NCBI GenBank assembly: GCA_043824495.1 | Contig: JBDRSV010000008.1 | Coordinates: 1 to 42,995, forward strand | DNA: 42,995 bases | DNA from: Candidatus Aenigmatarchaeota archaeon | Lineage (GTDB): Archaea > Aenigmatarchaeota > Aenigmatarchaeia > QMZP01 | Reading direction: 5' to 3' | Shown: positions 29,590-37,384 of the stretch, piece after piece | Position numbering within the stretch: the first letter of the stretch is position 1 | Layout of the letters: every line of letters begins with the position of its first letter | The notes under the pieces: model-generated | Database searches by the model: none | Told to the model about the DNA's origin: nothing | What the model saw: only the letters and a program-made list of their open reading frames with translations | Made by a program: the position numbers and the translations under genes

Positions 29590-29645
29590 GCCTGATGATG
29601 AAAACCTCACATGATCCAATATGATTGTGACGGGCATTCTGACTT
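29590..29645 (+). ncRNA. candidate box C/D sRNA (predicted target 16S C1402)
   Basis: C ATGATGA 29595-601, D' ATGA 29611-14, C' ATGATTG 29621-27, D CTGA 29639-42; guide GTGACGGGC is complementary to 16S 1401-1409. Confidence 0.6.
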
Positions 29646-29679
29646 CTCTTGATAGTTGTTTATACTCGTGGACAATCTA
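29621..29679 (+). repeat. H repeat copy 1 (59 bp)
   Basis: 47/59 identical to 32399-32457 and 45/59 to 30365-30423 (manual count). Confidence 0.9.
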
Positions 29680-29988
29680 TTTCTTACCACTGTAATTCTT
29701 CTGATAAGTATCATGATCGCACCATTCCAAAACAAGTGCTATGATTGTTATTCCTTCCTTACCGAGGGAATAGAGAAGTCTCCAACCACTTGGTAAATCA
29801 TATTTCCACAGGTTATCTATGTCCTTGAGATTCTTGGGAATTCTATATTTCTTGAGAGGTATCCCAATTCCAGGGGTTTCAATTATTTGGATAAATGCCT
29901 TTGTCAATGTTTTGTAAAGCTATTTGAATTCAGTGCTTTTTTCAAGAGATTCATACTCTTCCTTCAGTTTCTTATCCCTGAATATCAT
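29677..29988 (-). pseudogene. RelE/ParE-like toxin with an in-frame TAG at 29920-29922
   Basis: ATG 29988 overlaps the antitoxin TGA; reads MIFRDKKLKEEYESLEKSTEFK*LYKTLTKAF...NLWKYDLPSGWRLLYS...LEW.DH. Confidence 0.75.
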
Positions 29989-30317
29989 TTCGGTTGCCAT
30001 TTGAGATCTTCCCTGTTTATGTACTTTCTCACCATTTCTGGATTATATATCCAGACAATATGTCCTTTATTGTCCTTGATCGTGAATCCCATTGTGTCAA
30101 AATAATCCAGGATTACTGTGAGTGTCGGCCACATAACCTCTTTCTTAAGGTTTCTTGAAAGCTCTGTCTTTGTACAAGGACTGATTCTTTTTAGAGTCTC
30201 TGCTACCATAATTACAGTGTCTAATCGCGGATAATGAACGACATTGCAATTGAGCTCTATACGCCATTCCGTATTCTTTCTGTCCTTTGTAGTAAGAAGA
30301 TTTTTTTGTGTTTTCAT
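29985..30317 (-). CDS. wHTH putative antitoxin/regulator
   Basis: YPRLDTVIMV...KTELSRNL...WPTLTVILDY; GGTGAT RBS; coupled to the toxin. Confidence 0.75.
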   Translation of the reverse strand: MKTQKNLLTTKDRKNTEWRIELNCNVVHYPRLDTVIMVAETLKRISPCTKTELSRNLKKEVMWPTLTVILDYFDTMGFTIKDNKGHIVWIYNPEMVRKYINREDLKWQPK

Positions 30318-30324
30318 ACCATCA

Positions 30325-30358
30325 CCTATATATCCATAGGTATATATGGACTTATAGG
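30325..30358. promoter_or_regulatory. interrupted 34-bp palindromic operator of the TA operon
   Basis: CCTATA-TA-TCCATA-GGTATA-TATGGA-CT-TATAGG between TATA and start codon. Confidence 0.65.
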
Positions 30359-30364
30359 TTTATA

Positions 30365-30423
30365 AAGGTTGTGACGGGCGTTCTGATTTTTCTTGATAGC
30401 GGTTTACCTTTGTGTGCAATCGA
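30365..30423 (+). repeat. H repeat copy 2 (59 bp)
   Basis: AAGGTTGTGACGGGCGTTCTGA...GCAATCG; direct repeat of copy 1 flanking the TA module. Confidence 0.88.
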
Positions 30424-30485
30424 TTTTTTTCTTTATTGAAACTACCAAAGACAAATGTTTTTATTCTCAAAAACATATTCATAAT

Positions 30486-30815
30486 ATGGTTTGTTTTATT
30501 GTTCCTCTAATAGCAACTATTATTGGATTTACTGGAAGAAAGGTGTTCAATAAGAAAGGTTCTCATGGATTTTGGTTGAACATAATGCTACTTGGTGGTG
30601 CGGTTTTTGGAGGAATAGATCACCTCTGGAACGGCGAGTTGTTCATTATTGGGACAAATTGGTTAATGGATTTGGCTCTAGGTGGTGCAATTACAGGTGG
30701 AATAGTTGCAAGTTGGGGTATTATATCATTCAAAGATAAAATAAATATCTCTAAGATGTTTGGAATATCAACTGAATTGAAAGTATTGCAGAATGCTCAT
30801 TCTAAAAATTCTTAA
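30486..30815 (+). CDS. small membrane protein (about 3 TM; start moved to ATG 30486)
   Basis: MVCFIVPL..., GGAVFGGIDHLWNGELF, DLALG. Confidence 0.75.
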   Translation: MVCFIVPLIATIIGFTGRKVFNKKGSHGFWLNIMLLGGAVFGGIDHLWNGELFIIGTNWLMDLALGGAITGGIVASWGIISFKDKINISKMFGISTELKVLQNAHSKNS

Positions 30816-30846
30816 ACTTTGAATACCAAAATACCACTAAAACGAT

Positions 30847-30922
30847 GCAATCTGACCGCAACGAGTAGGTTGTGCCGAGCCCTGGCTAGGCTATTTACCT
30901 TTTTAGTAGCTCTTCGGGGCTT
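30847..30922 (+). repeat. B dyad, diverged H start and core
   Basis: GCAATCTG-N11-TAGGTTGT at 30847-30873; CTCTTCGGGGCTT at 30910-30922. Confidence 0.75.
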
Positions 30923-30982
30923 CCAATCCCAGATATAGATAATCTTATAAGTCTCTTTTTTGAAAGGTTAAGAGGAAGTAAA

Positions 30983-31762
30983 ATGAAAGAATTCAAGGTT
31001 GCTGTTGCACAGATGGATATCAAACTTGAAGACAAGGAAGCAAATCTTAAGAAAACTGCTGAGATGGTTTCCACTGCAACAAAACAAGAGGCTGATTTTG
31101 TATGTCTGCCAGAATACCTCACGACAGGCAGTGCCCTAGAACAGTGCAGTAAACTAGCGGAGCCGATTCCAGGGCATGTAACCGACAGGCTAAGAGCAAT
31201 TGCCAAAGAGAATGGTGTGTATCTAGTCGCTTCGATTCCTGAGAGAACTGATGATAAGATTTACAACACAGCAGTTCTAATAGATCCCCGTGGAGAAGTC
31301 CTGACAAAATACAGGAAAATACACTTATTCATGGAGGAACGGAACCACATCGCCCGTGGTGGGGAGTATGTTGTTGCGGATACTGAATTCGGAAAAGTTG
31401 GATTGATGATATGTTATGATGCCGTCTTTCCGGAAATTGCAAGACAATTAGCACTGCAGGGCGCTGACATTGTTTTTATGCCTGCGAATTGGCCTAACCC
31501 TTTTTTGTCGCAGTGGAGACTGGCAACCAGTGCTCGTGCTTTAGACAATCAATTCTGGCTTGTAGCTACGAATCGCATTGGTGCAGACAGTAAATTCACT
31601 TATTCCGGTGGAAGCCGTGTAATAAACCCCTACGGAGATCCTGTTGTTGAATGTGGTGATAAAGAGGAGATTCTTGTTGCAACAGTCGACGGGAAAGTAA
31701 CTGAAGAGTTTAAGAGAACCGTTAATTTCTTGAATGACAGGCACTCAGAGGTCTATAAGTGA
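30983..31762 (+). CDS. carbon-nitrogen hydrolase (nitrilase/amidase family)
   Basis: LPEY, YRKIHLF, ICYD (E-K-C triad), SARALDNQ, NRIG. Confidence 0.92.
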   Translation: MKEFKVAVAQMDIKLEDKEANLKKTAEMVSTATKQEADFVCLPEYLTTGSALEQCSKLAEPIPGHVTDRLRAIAKENGVYLVASIPERTDDKIYNTAVLIDPRGEVLTKYRKIHLFMEERNHIARGGEYVVADTEFGKVGLMICYDAVFPEIARQLALQGADIVFMPANWPNPFLSQWRLATSARALDNQFWLVATNRIGADSKFTYSGGSRVINPYGDPVVECGDKEEILVATVDGKVTEEFKRTVNFLNDRHSEVYK

Positions 31763-31924
31763 AGCACTTAGATGTGAATATGAAAATTCGGCTAATCCGG
31801 ATGTTCGATGAAATGCCGCTCCATCCGGTCTTCAGAATTGGTGTGTTGCTCTCCCGGTACTCTAAACTTTTTATTGAGAACGTAAGCCTTAAAAATATTA
31901 ACTCCAATTATTAAAATAAATGAT

Positions 31925-32029
31925 GCAATCTGACCACAGCGAATAAATTGTGACGGGCATTCTGATATTTCTTGATAGTTGTTTTGGTGATAATCATAAA
32001 AGAAAATGTTCTACGTTCTCCCGGGGTTT
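31925..32029 (+). repeat. B dyad, H copy 3 (internally shortened) and core
   Basis: GCAATCTG-N11-TAAATTGT; 34/40 to H1; TGTTCTACGTTCTCCCGGGGTTT at 32007-32029. Confidence 0.85.
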
Positions 32030-32055
32030 TTAAGTATTGAATAATTCATTATCAT

Positions 32056-32373
32056 ATGGTTCATAGATGCCTTAAGAACGGGATTTGTTGTAAGTTATTT
32101 TTGATAAATTTGACAGAAGAGGAATACAAATCAGGTAAATATAAAACACAATTCGAAATGTTTGTACCGGTTAAGGACTTTAAGGAAGCTGAAATATGCG
32201 GTGCAAATATTATTGAACAAAAAAAGGACGGAAGTTGCTATTATCTTAAAGGCACCAAATGCTCTATTCATAATTCAAGACCTATGACTTGCAGGGAATT
32301 CTTTTGTGACTCAAAAAATAAGAAATTCAAGACAATGATAGCTGAGATAAAAAAACTGAAAAGAGTGCAGTAG
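32056..32373 (+). CDS. YkgJ-family Cys-cluster protein
   Basis: CxxxGxCC, C..L.GTKCSIHNSRPMTCREFFC. Confidence 0.85.
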   Translation: MVHRCLKNGICCKLFLINLTEEEYKSGKYKTQFEMFVPVKDFKEAEICGANIIEQKKDGSCYYLKGTKCSIHNSRPMTCREFFCDSKNKKFKTMIAEIKKLKRVQ

Positions 32374-32379
32374 AACTAT

Positions 32380-32540
32380 ACAATCTGCTCGCAACGGACA
32401 GGTTGTGACGGGAATTCTGAAGCCTCTTGTTAGCGGTTTACACTCGTGGACAATCTGATTCTGACGAACAAATTGCAGCATTAAAATATGGGCTCTTAAC
32501 TTTATGTTCAACTCCCTCCCGGGGCTTTAAGTCTGGGACT
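32380..32540 (+). repeat. B dyad, H copy 4, second B, core and AGTCTGGGACT flank
   Basis: ACAATCTG at 32380 and 32450 (70-bp period); GTTCAACTCCCTCCCGGGGCT at 32506-32526. Confidence 0.88.
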
Positions 32541-32599
32541 ATGATTATTGTTCATTAATAATGCATAAGTTTATATATTAGTAATGCACAATATTAAGC

Positions 32600-33802
32600 A
32601 TGGTATTAAAAGAAACATTAAAAAATGTGGCTAAACTTCAGCGAAAGGAATTTAAATCTGTTGAGTTGGGAATTCCAAGGGATATCCTTAAAACTATAGA
32701 TTTGAATATACCGCATGCAATAATACTTTCTGGTGTGAGAAGATGTGGAAAAAGCACACTACTAAAACAACTCATCAATAAAATTAACAAATATTATTAC
32801 TTCAATTTTGAAGACCAGAGAGCACTCGGTTTTGTTGTTAGGGATTTTGAAAATTTGGATTCAGTGTTTAACGATGAGTTTGGAAAATCCAAAACATATT
32901 TCTTTGATGAAATACAGAACGTTGATGAGTGGGAACGATTTGTACGAAGCAGGCAGGATTCAGGGAAGAAATTTATAATAACAGGGTCTAATGCATCTCT
33001 TTTAAGTAAAGAATTGGGCACAAGGCTAACTGGAAGACATATAAACTATGAATTGTTCCCGTTTTCATATTCTGAAATGCTTCAGTTGGAATCAAAAAAA
33101 TCCTCTTTGGATTCATTTGGGTATTATATGAAAAATGGAGGATTCCCGGAGTTTTTGAAATATAAAAAGATTGAAATGCTGCAGGAATTGTTTAATGATA
33201 TAATAGTAAGGGACATAATAACAAGATATGGTCTAAGAGAAACAAAAATAATAAAGGAAATGGCCATATATCTCCTAACAAATGTTGGAAAGGAATTTTC
33301 CTATACAAATCTTGCAAAATATTTCAATCTCGGTTCAACGAACACTGCAATATCATACGTTTCTTATTTTGAGGACAGTTACCTGCTTTTCACAATACCA
33401 ATGTTTGATTACTCCTTTAGGAAACAATTGGTTAATCCAAAGAAAGCATATTCCATTGATGTCGGTTTATCAAGAGCCAATTCCGCTTCTTTTTCAGATG
33501 ACAAGGGCAGAATTTTTGAAAACATCATTTTTCTAGAACTGAGAAGAAGGTATAAGGAAATATTTTATTTCAAGGGCAAGAAAGAATGTGATTTTTTAGT
33601 TAAGGAAAAAGGGAAGCTAAAAGAAGCTATACAAGTTTGTTATGAACTTACAGAAGAGAATAAAGAAAGAGAACTCTCCGGATTACAGGAAGCTATGGAA
33701 AAACTAAAAATAAACAAAGGAACAATTATTACATTAAATCAGGATGACAGATTGGGTGATATAGCTGTTAAACCAGCCTGGAAATGGCTTCTAATGAATT
33801 AA
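32600..33802 (+). CDS. AAA_14 + DUF4143 ATPase
   Basis: SGVRRCGKST, FFDEIQ, ITGSNAS, KKAYSIDVG, KECDF. Confidence 0.9.
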   Translation: MVLKETLKNVAKLQRKEFKSVELGIPRDILKTIDLNIPHAIILSGVRRCGKSTLLKQLINKINKYYYFNFEDQRALGFVVRDFENLDSVFNDEFGKSKTYFFDEIQNVDEWERFVRSRQDSGKKFIITGSNASLLSKELGTRLTGRHINYELFPFSYSEMLQLESKKSSLDSFGYYMKNGGFPEFLKYKKIEMLQELFNDIIVRDIITRYGLRETKIIKEMAIYLLTNVGKEFSYTNLAKYFNLGSTNTAISYVSYFEDSYLLFTIPMFDYSFRKQLVNPKKAYSIDVGLSRANSASFSDDKGRIFENIIFLELRRRYKEIFYFKGKKECDFLVKEKGKLKEAIQVCYELTEENKERELSGLQEAMEKLKINKGTIITLNQDDRLGDIAVKPAWKWLLMN

Positions 33803-33805
33803 ATT

Positions 33806-33882
33806 GAGAACAGAAGACACACGACAAGCAGGGATTTCATCCCAGGAATTCTATCCCTCCCGGGGCTTCTAGTCTGGGACTG
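33806..33882 (+). repeat. D element, core and AGTCTGGGACT flank
   Basis: 56/64 identical to 35214-35276; GGGAT-TTC-ATCCC hairpin. Confidence 0.9.
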
Positions 33883-34001
33883 CGGTCCCCGACAGTTTTC
33901 AGTCATGGGTTTATTGAATGTGCTTAAGTATGCATTGTGGATAGAAAATATCTTCTATTGATAATAGAAACATTTAAATATACGTCTCTCTAAATATTAT
34001 T

Positions 34002-35210
34002 ATGATAACAAAAGAGACGCTTAAGGAAGTAATAGTTTCACAGAGAGAGTTCCTGGACAAGATGGATCAGGGAACTCCAAGAGAAAAGAAGATAAAGATA
34101 TTGGATTCTTTTGCCACTATAATCACCGGAATAAGAAGATGCGGAAAGAGTACTTTACTCAATCAGCTGCTGAAAAAACAGAAAAAAGGATACTATCTTA
34201 ACCTTGAGGATCCCCGTCTGGAAGATTTTGAACTCCAGGATTTTAACAAAATAGATGAAATAATGAAGGAGCTTCATGGAGACAAAGGAGTTTATTTTTT
34301 TGATGAAATACAAAATGTTGACAAATGGGAGAAATTCATAAGGTACCTCATTGATAAAAAGGAAAGAATCGTAATAACTGGTTCGAATGCCTCTCTTCTA
34401 AGCCGGGAACTTGGAACAAAACTTACAGGAAGGCATTTACAGGAGGAAATGTTTCCTTTCTCTTTCAGAGAATTTCTTGATATGAGAAAAGAACCCCCAT
34501 CCCTAAAATCTTTTGATAAGTATTTCTATACAGGAGGCTTCCCAGAATATATTAAGAAGCAGAATCCCCCAATACTTCACGAACTGCTTTCAGATGTTGT
34601 GATGAAGGATATTGCTGTAAGGTTTGGAATAAAGAACACAAGCATGCTGAACAAGGTTGCAATCCATCTAATTAGCAACGCAGGAAAGGAATTCTCCTTC
34701 AATTCCATAAAGAAGATGTTCGAAATAAAGTCAGTCCAGAGCGTCATAGATTATGTATCTTATTTTGAGGATGCCTATATGATATTTACCGTGCCTCGTT
34801 TTAGCTATTCATACAAACAGCAGATTGTGAATCCAAAAAAGGTTTATTCTATTGATAATGGCTTTTCTCATAACAATTCAACTTCATTCTCAAAGGATAA
34901 AGGAAGAATGCTTGAGAATGTCGTTTTTCTGGGATTAAGAAGGAAATTCAAGGATATTTTCTATTTCCAAAAGAAATATGAATGTGATTTTGTCATCAAA
35001 GAGGGGAATAAAATAACACGCGCAATTCAGGTTTGTTTTGATTTCAATGAGGAAAACAAAGACAGGGAAATGAAAGGCATTCTTGACGCTCTGAAAGAGT
35101 TTAAATTAAATGAAGGGCTTATTCTAACCTACAATCAGGAAGACGAATTCTTGGCGGATGGCAAAAAAATAACTGTAAAGCCCGCTTGGAAGTGGCTTCT
35201 AACAAAATGA
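34002..35210 (+). CDS. AAA_14 + DUF4143 ATPase (paralog 2)
   Basis: TGIRRCGKST, FFDEIQ, ITGSNAS, KKVYSIDNG. Confidence 0.9.
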   Translation: MITKETLKEVIVSQREFLDKMDQGTPREKKIKILDSFATIITGIRRCGKSTLLNQLLKKQKKGYYLNLEDPRLEDFELQDFNKIDEIMKELHGDKGVYFFDEIQNVDKWEKFIRYLIDKKERIVITGSNASLLSRELGTKLTGRHLQEEMFPFSFREFLDMRKEPPSLKSFDKYFYTGGFPEYIKKQNPPILHELLSDVVMKDIAVRFGIKNTSMLNKVAIHLISNAGKEFSFNSIKKMFEIKSVQSVIDYVSYFEDAYMIFTVPRFSYSYKQQIVNPKKVYSIDNGFSHNNSTSFSKDKGRMLENVVFLGLRRKFKDIFYFQKKYECDFVIKEGNKITRAIQVCFDFNEENKDREMKGILDALKEFKLNEGLILTYNQEDEFLADGKKITVKPAWKWLLTK

Positions 35211-35213
35211 ATC

Positions 35214-35308
35214 GAGGACAGAAGACCGAAAACAAACAGGGATTTCATCCCAGGAATTCCATCCCTCCCGGGGCTTTACCAATTTCTAGATGTCGCTTGT
35301 TATCGATT
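35214..35308 (+). repeat. D element, core and CCAA...TTATCGATT flank
   Basis: D copy 2; right flank 25/30 identical to 38645-38674. Confidence 0.9.
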
Positions 35309-35430
35309 AATTTCTTAAAATAAAATCTCCATTAGGGAACTGCACTTCAATTGCAGGTTAGCCGGAAAGTTGATGCTGGAATTTCTGGAAGATTAAATAA
35401 CGGCCTATATAATTAATTAATAGGATTACG

Positions 35431-36471
35431 ATGTCTGAAAGAAAACTTAATATTTTCAATAAATACCTTACTATTTGGGTAGTTTTGTCTATTAGTATAG
35501 GAACTTTAATTGGATATTTTTTTCCAACTTTTGCAGACACAATTGGAAAATTTGAGATATCAAATATATCCATTCCAATTACATTAGTGTTATTATTTAT
35601 GATGTATCCTATTATGTTAAAAATAAACATAAAGGATATAATTAAAGTAAAAAAAGACAAAAAACCATTGGGTTTGACCCTTTTAATTAACTGGGGAATT
35701 AAGCCATTCAGTACAGCTCTCATAGCATGGTTTTTTATAAGATTTGTATTTTCATCTTTCATCCCTCTGGGTCTTCAATCAGAATACATCGCTGGAATGA
35801 TCCTATTGGGAATTGCACCATGTACAGCTATGGTTCTTGTTTGGACTCATCTTGCTGGTGGAAATGTAAATTACGCCCTTGTACAAGTTTCCGTGAATGA
35901 TATTATCATTCTGATACTTTTTGCTCCTTTAGGTAAATTATTACTTGGCATCACGACAAATTTCCCTGTACCATTTTATACTATCTTATTTTCTGTTCTA
36001 TTTTATGTTGGTATACCATTAATACTTGCTGGTTTGACTAGATACTTTTTGATTAAGAAATATGGGAAAGATTGGTTTCATGATATTTTTATTAATAAAG
36101 TTCAATGGATAAGCCCATTTGGATTATTATTAACTTTGGTTTTACTTTTTATTTTCCAGGGGGATAAAATAATATCATATCCAATACACATTATTCTCAT
36201 TGCCATACCTCTTATAATACAAACATATTTTGTCTTTGCTGTTGGATATTTTGGAGCAAAAAAATTAAAAATTCCATATAATGAAGCTGCGCCATCAACG
36301 TTTATTGGTGCTAGTGATTTCTTTGAACTCGCTGTAGGGGTCGCTATAATATTATTTGGACTCAATTCTGGAGCTGCTTTAGCTACAGTTGTTGGGGTTC
36401 TTGTAGAAGTTCCTTTGATGTTGTCTCTCGTAAAGATAATGAAAATGAAAAAATCGCGTTTTAAATTCTAA
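35431..36471 (+). CDS. acr3: ACR3 arsenite efflux transporter
   Basis: MMYP, LLINWGIKPF, APCTAMV, GASDFFELA, GVLVEVP. Confidence 0.93.
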   Translation: MSERKLNIFNKYLTIWVVLSISIGTLIGYFFPTFADTIGKFEISNISIPITLVLLFMMYPIMLKINIKDIIKVKKDKKPLGLTLLINWGIKPFSTALIAWFFIRFVFSSFIPLGLQSEYIAGMILLGIAPCTAMVLVWTHLAGGNVNYALVQVSVNDIIILILFAPLGKLLLGITTNFPVPFYTILFSVLFYVGIPLILAGLTRYFLIKKYGKDWFHDIFINKVQWISPFGLLLTLVLLFIFQGDKIISYPIHIILIAIPLIIQTYFVFAVGYFGAKKLKIPYNEAAPSTFIGASDFFELAVGVAIILFGLNSGAALATVVGVLVEVPLMLSLVKIMKMKKSRFKF

Positions 36472-36482
36472 AATTATTGATT

Positions 36483-36557
36483 TTTAACTCCTAAGATCAA
36501 TAATACATAGAATTCTCCTATAAGTGGTAATTCAGTTGCCAGGCACTCCCGAGGCTT
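36483..36557 (+). repeat. E element and core, copy 1
   Basis: 65/75 identical to 38568-38642. Confidence 0.9.
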
Positions 36558-36582
36558 AGAATTTAATTCTAATAATGAACAT

Positions 36583-37179
36583 TTACTCAAATTTTGACAA
36601 GAATTGTTCTCCTGTTCTTACAATATAATCTTTAGCATTTTCAGCGCCTTTAGACGTTATGTGAATAAGGTACAGGCCTTTGGCAACCCAAAGATGATAG
36701 TAGTAGACTCCTGGTTCATTAAACTGGCCCCCATAATCATTTTCATTGTTCACACGAAATCTACTCTGATCCCCAAAATCATTCTCGCTTATAAGTCCTT
36801 GGACACTGTACAAGTGCGAGGATTCATATTGGTATGTGTTATTTAGGGCTTCATAATTTGCAAATTTCTTCAATTCAATTATTACTTGGGTATCATTCAA
36901 GCTAGGAATTAGGTAGGCACAGATGCTATATTGCCCCAGTGATGAATCTGCAATATTTGTATAACTTTCCTCTGTTCGACAATTGGTTCCAGTGCTCAAT
37001 CCAAGCTGCTGAAGGTCTTGTTCATTAAGGTCGCTCGTCATTCCAAGCTGCTGAAGATCTTGTTCACTGAGAATCAGATCCTGGGTTCCTGGTACTATAT
37101 TGATTGTATTTGATTGTGTGCATCCAGAAATAATTATAATAATCGCCAAAAGGCCAAGTATCATAAAATTCTTTCTCAT
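36583..37179 (-). CDS. hypothetical lipoprotein
   Basis: basic N-terminus, hydrophobic stretch, ISGC; internal LxEQDLQQLG duplication. Confidence 0.8.
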   Translation of the reverse strand: MRKNFMILGLLAIIIIISGCTQSNTINIVPGTQDLILSEQDLQQLGMTSDLNEQDLQQLGLSTGTNCRTEESYTNIADSSLGQYSICAYLIPSLNDTQVIIELKKFANYEALNNTYQYESSHLYSVQGLISENDFGDQSRFRVNNENDYGGQFNEPGVYYYHLWVAKGLYLIHITSKGAENAKDYIVRTGEQFLSKFE

Positions 37180-37238
37180 GAATTATAATAAGATTCAATC
37201 TATATAATAATTAGAGGAGCTTTGAACTATTTGTCCTA

Positions 37239-37254
37239 ATCCCTCTCGGAGCTC
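37239..37254 (+). repeat. isolated degenerate core
   Basis: ATCCCTCTCGGAGCTC, 13/16 to ATCCCTCCCGGGGCTT. Confidence 0.6.
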
Positions 37255-37384
37255 TCTGTTTCTATTGTAATGCTGGATTTTTCTTATGAGCATATTGCCA
37301 CTTCTGAACCTGATAAAGTAGTTAGAATAATTAAAAGCATGATTCCAAATATTAATAGGTGATTTTCTGACAGAATTTATATTC

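Noticed and set aside
29920-29922. Genome-wide amber recoding
   Set aside because: TAG terminates well-conserved genes (lipA, dut) at their expected ends.
32399-32457. Canonical integron attC (59-base element)
   Set aside because: The length coincides, but the ends are AGRTTGT...ACAATCT rather than RYYYAAC...GTTRRRY, and there is no intI.
33806-33869. RNase P RNA 3' motif (ACAGAA...GGCTT)
   Set aside because: The two halves are about 40 nt apart and no other RNase P conserved regions are present.
35214-35320. Junction repeats as coding remnants of a recombinase C-terminus (...SLPGL...)
   Set aside because: Differences between copies are mostly non-synonymous, frames shift between copies and several copies contain stops; not excluded, but unsupported.
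36483-36567. attC-like terminal inverted repeat around the first E element
   Set aside because: The 10/13 match is AT-rich, lacks GTT and is absent from the other E copies.
37270-37362. 30-aa ORF upstream of dus
   Set aside because: Too short, no RBS or motif; at most a decayed fragment.
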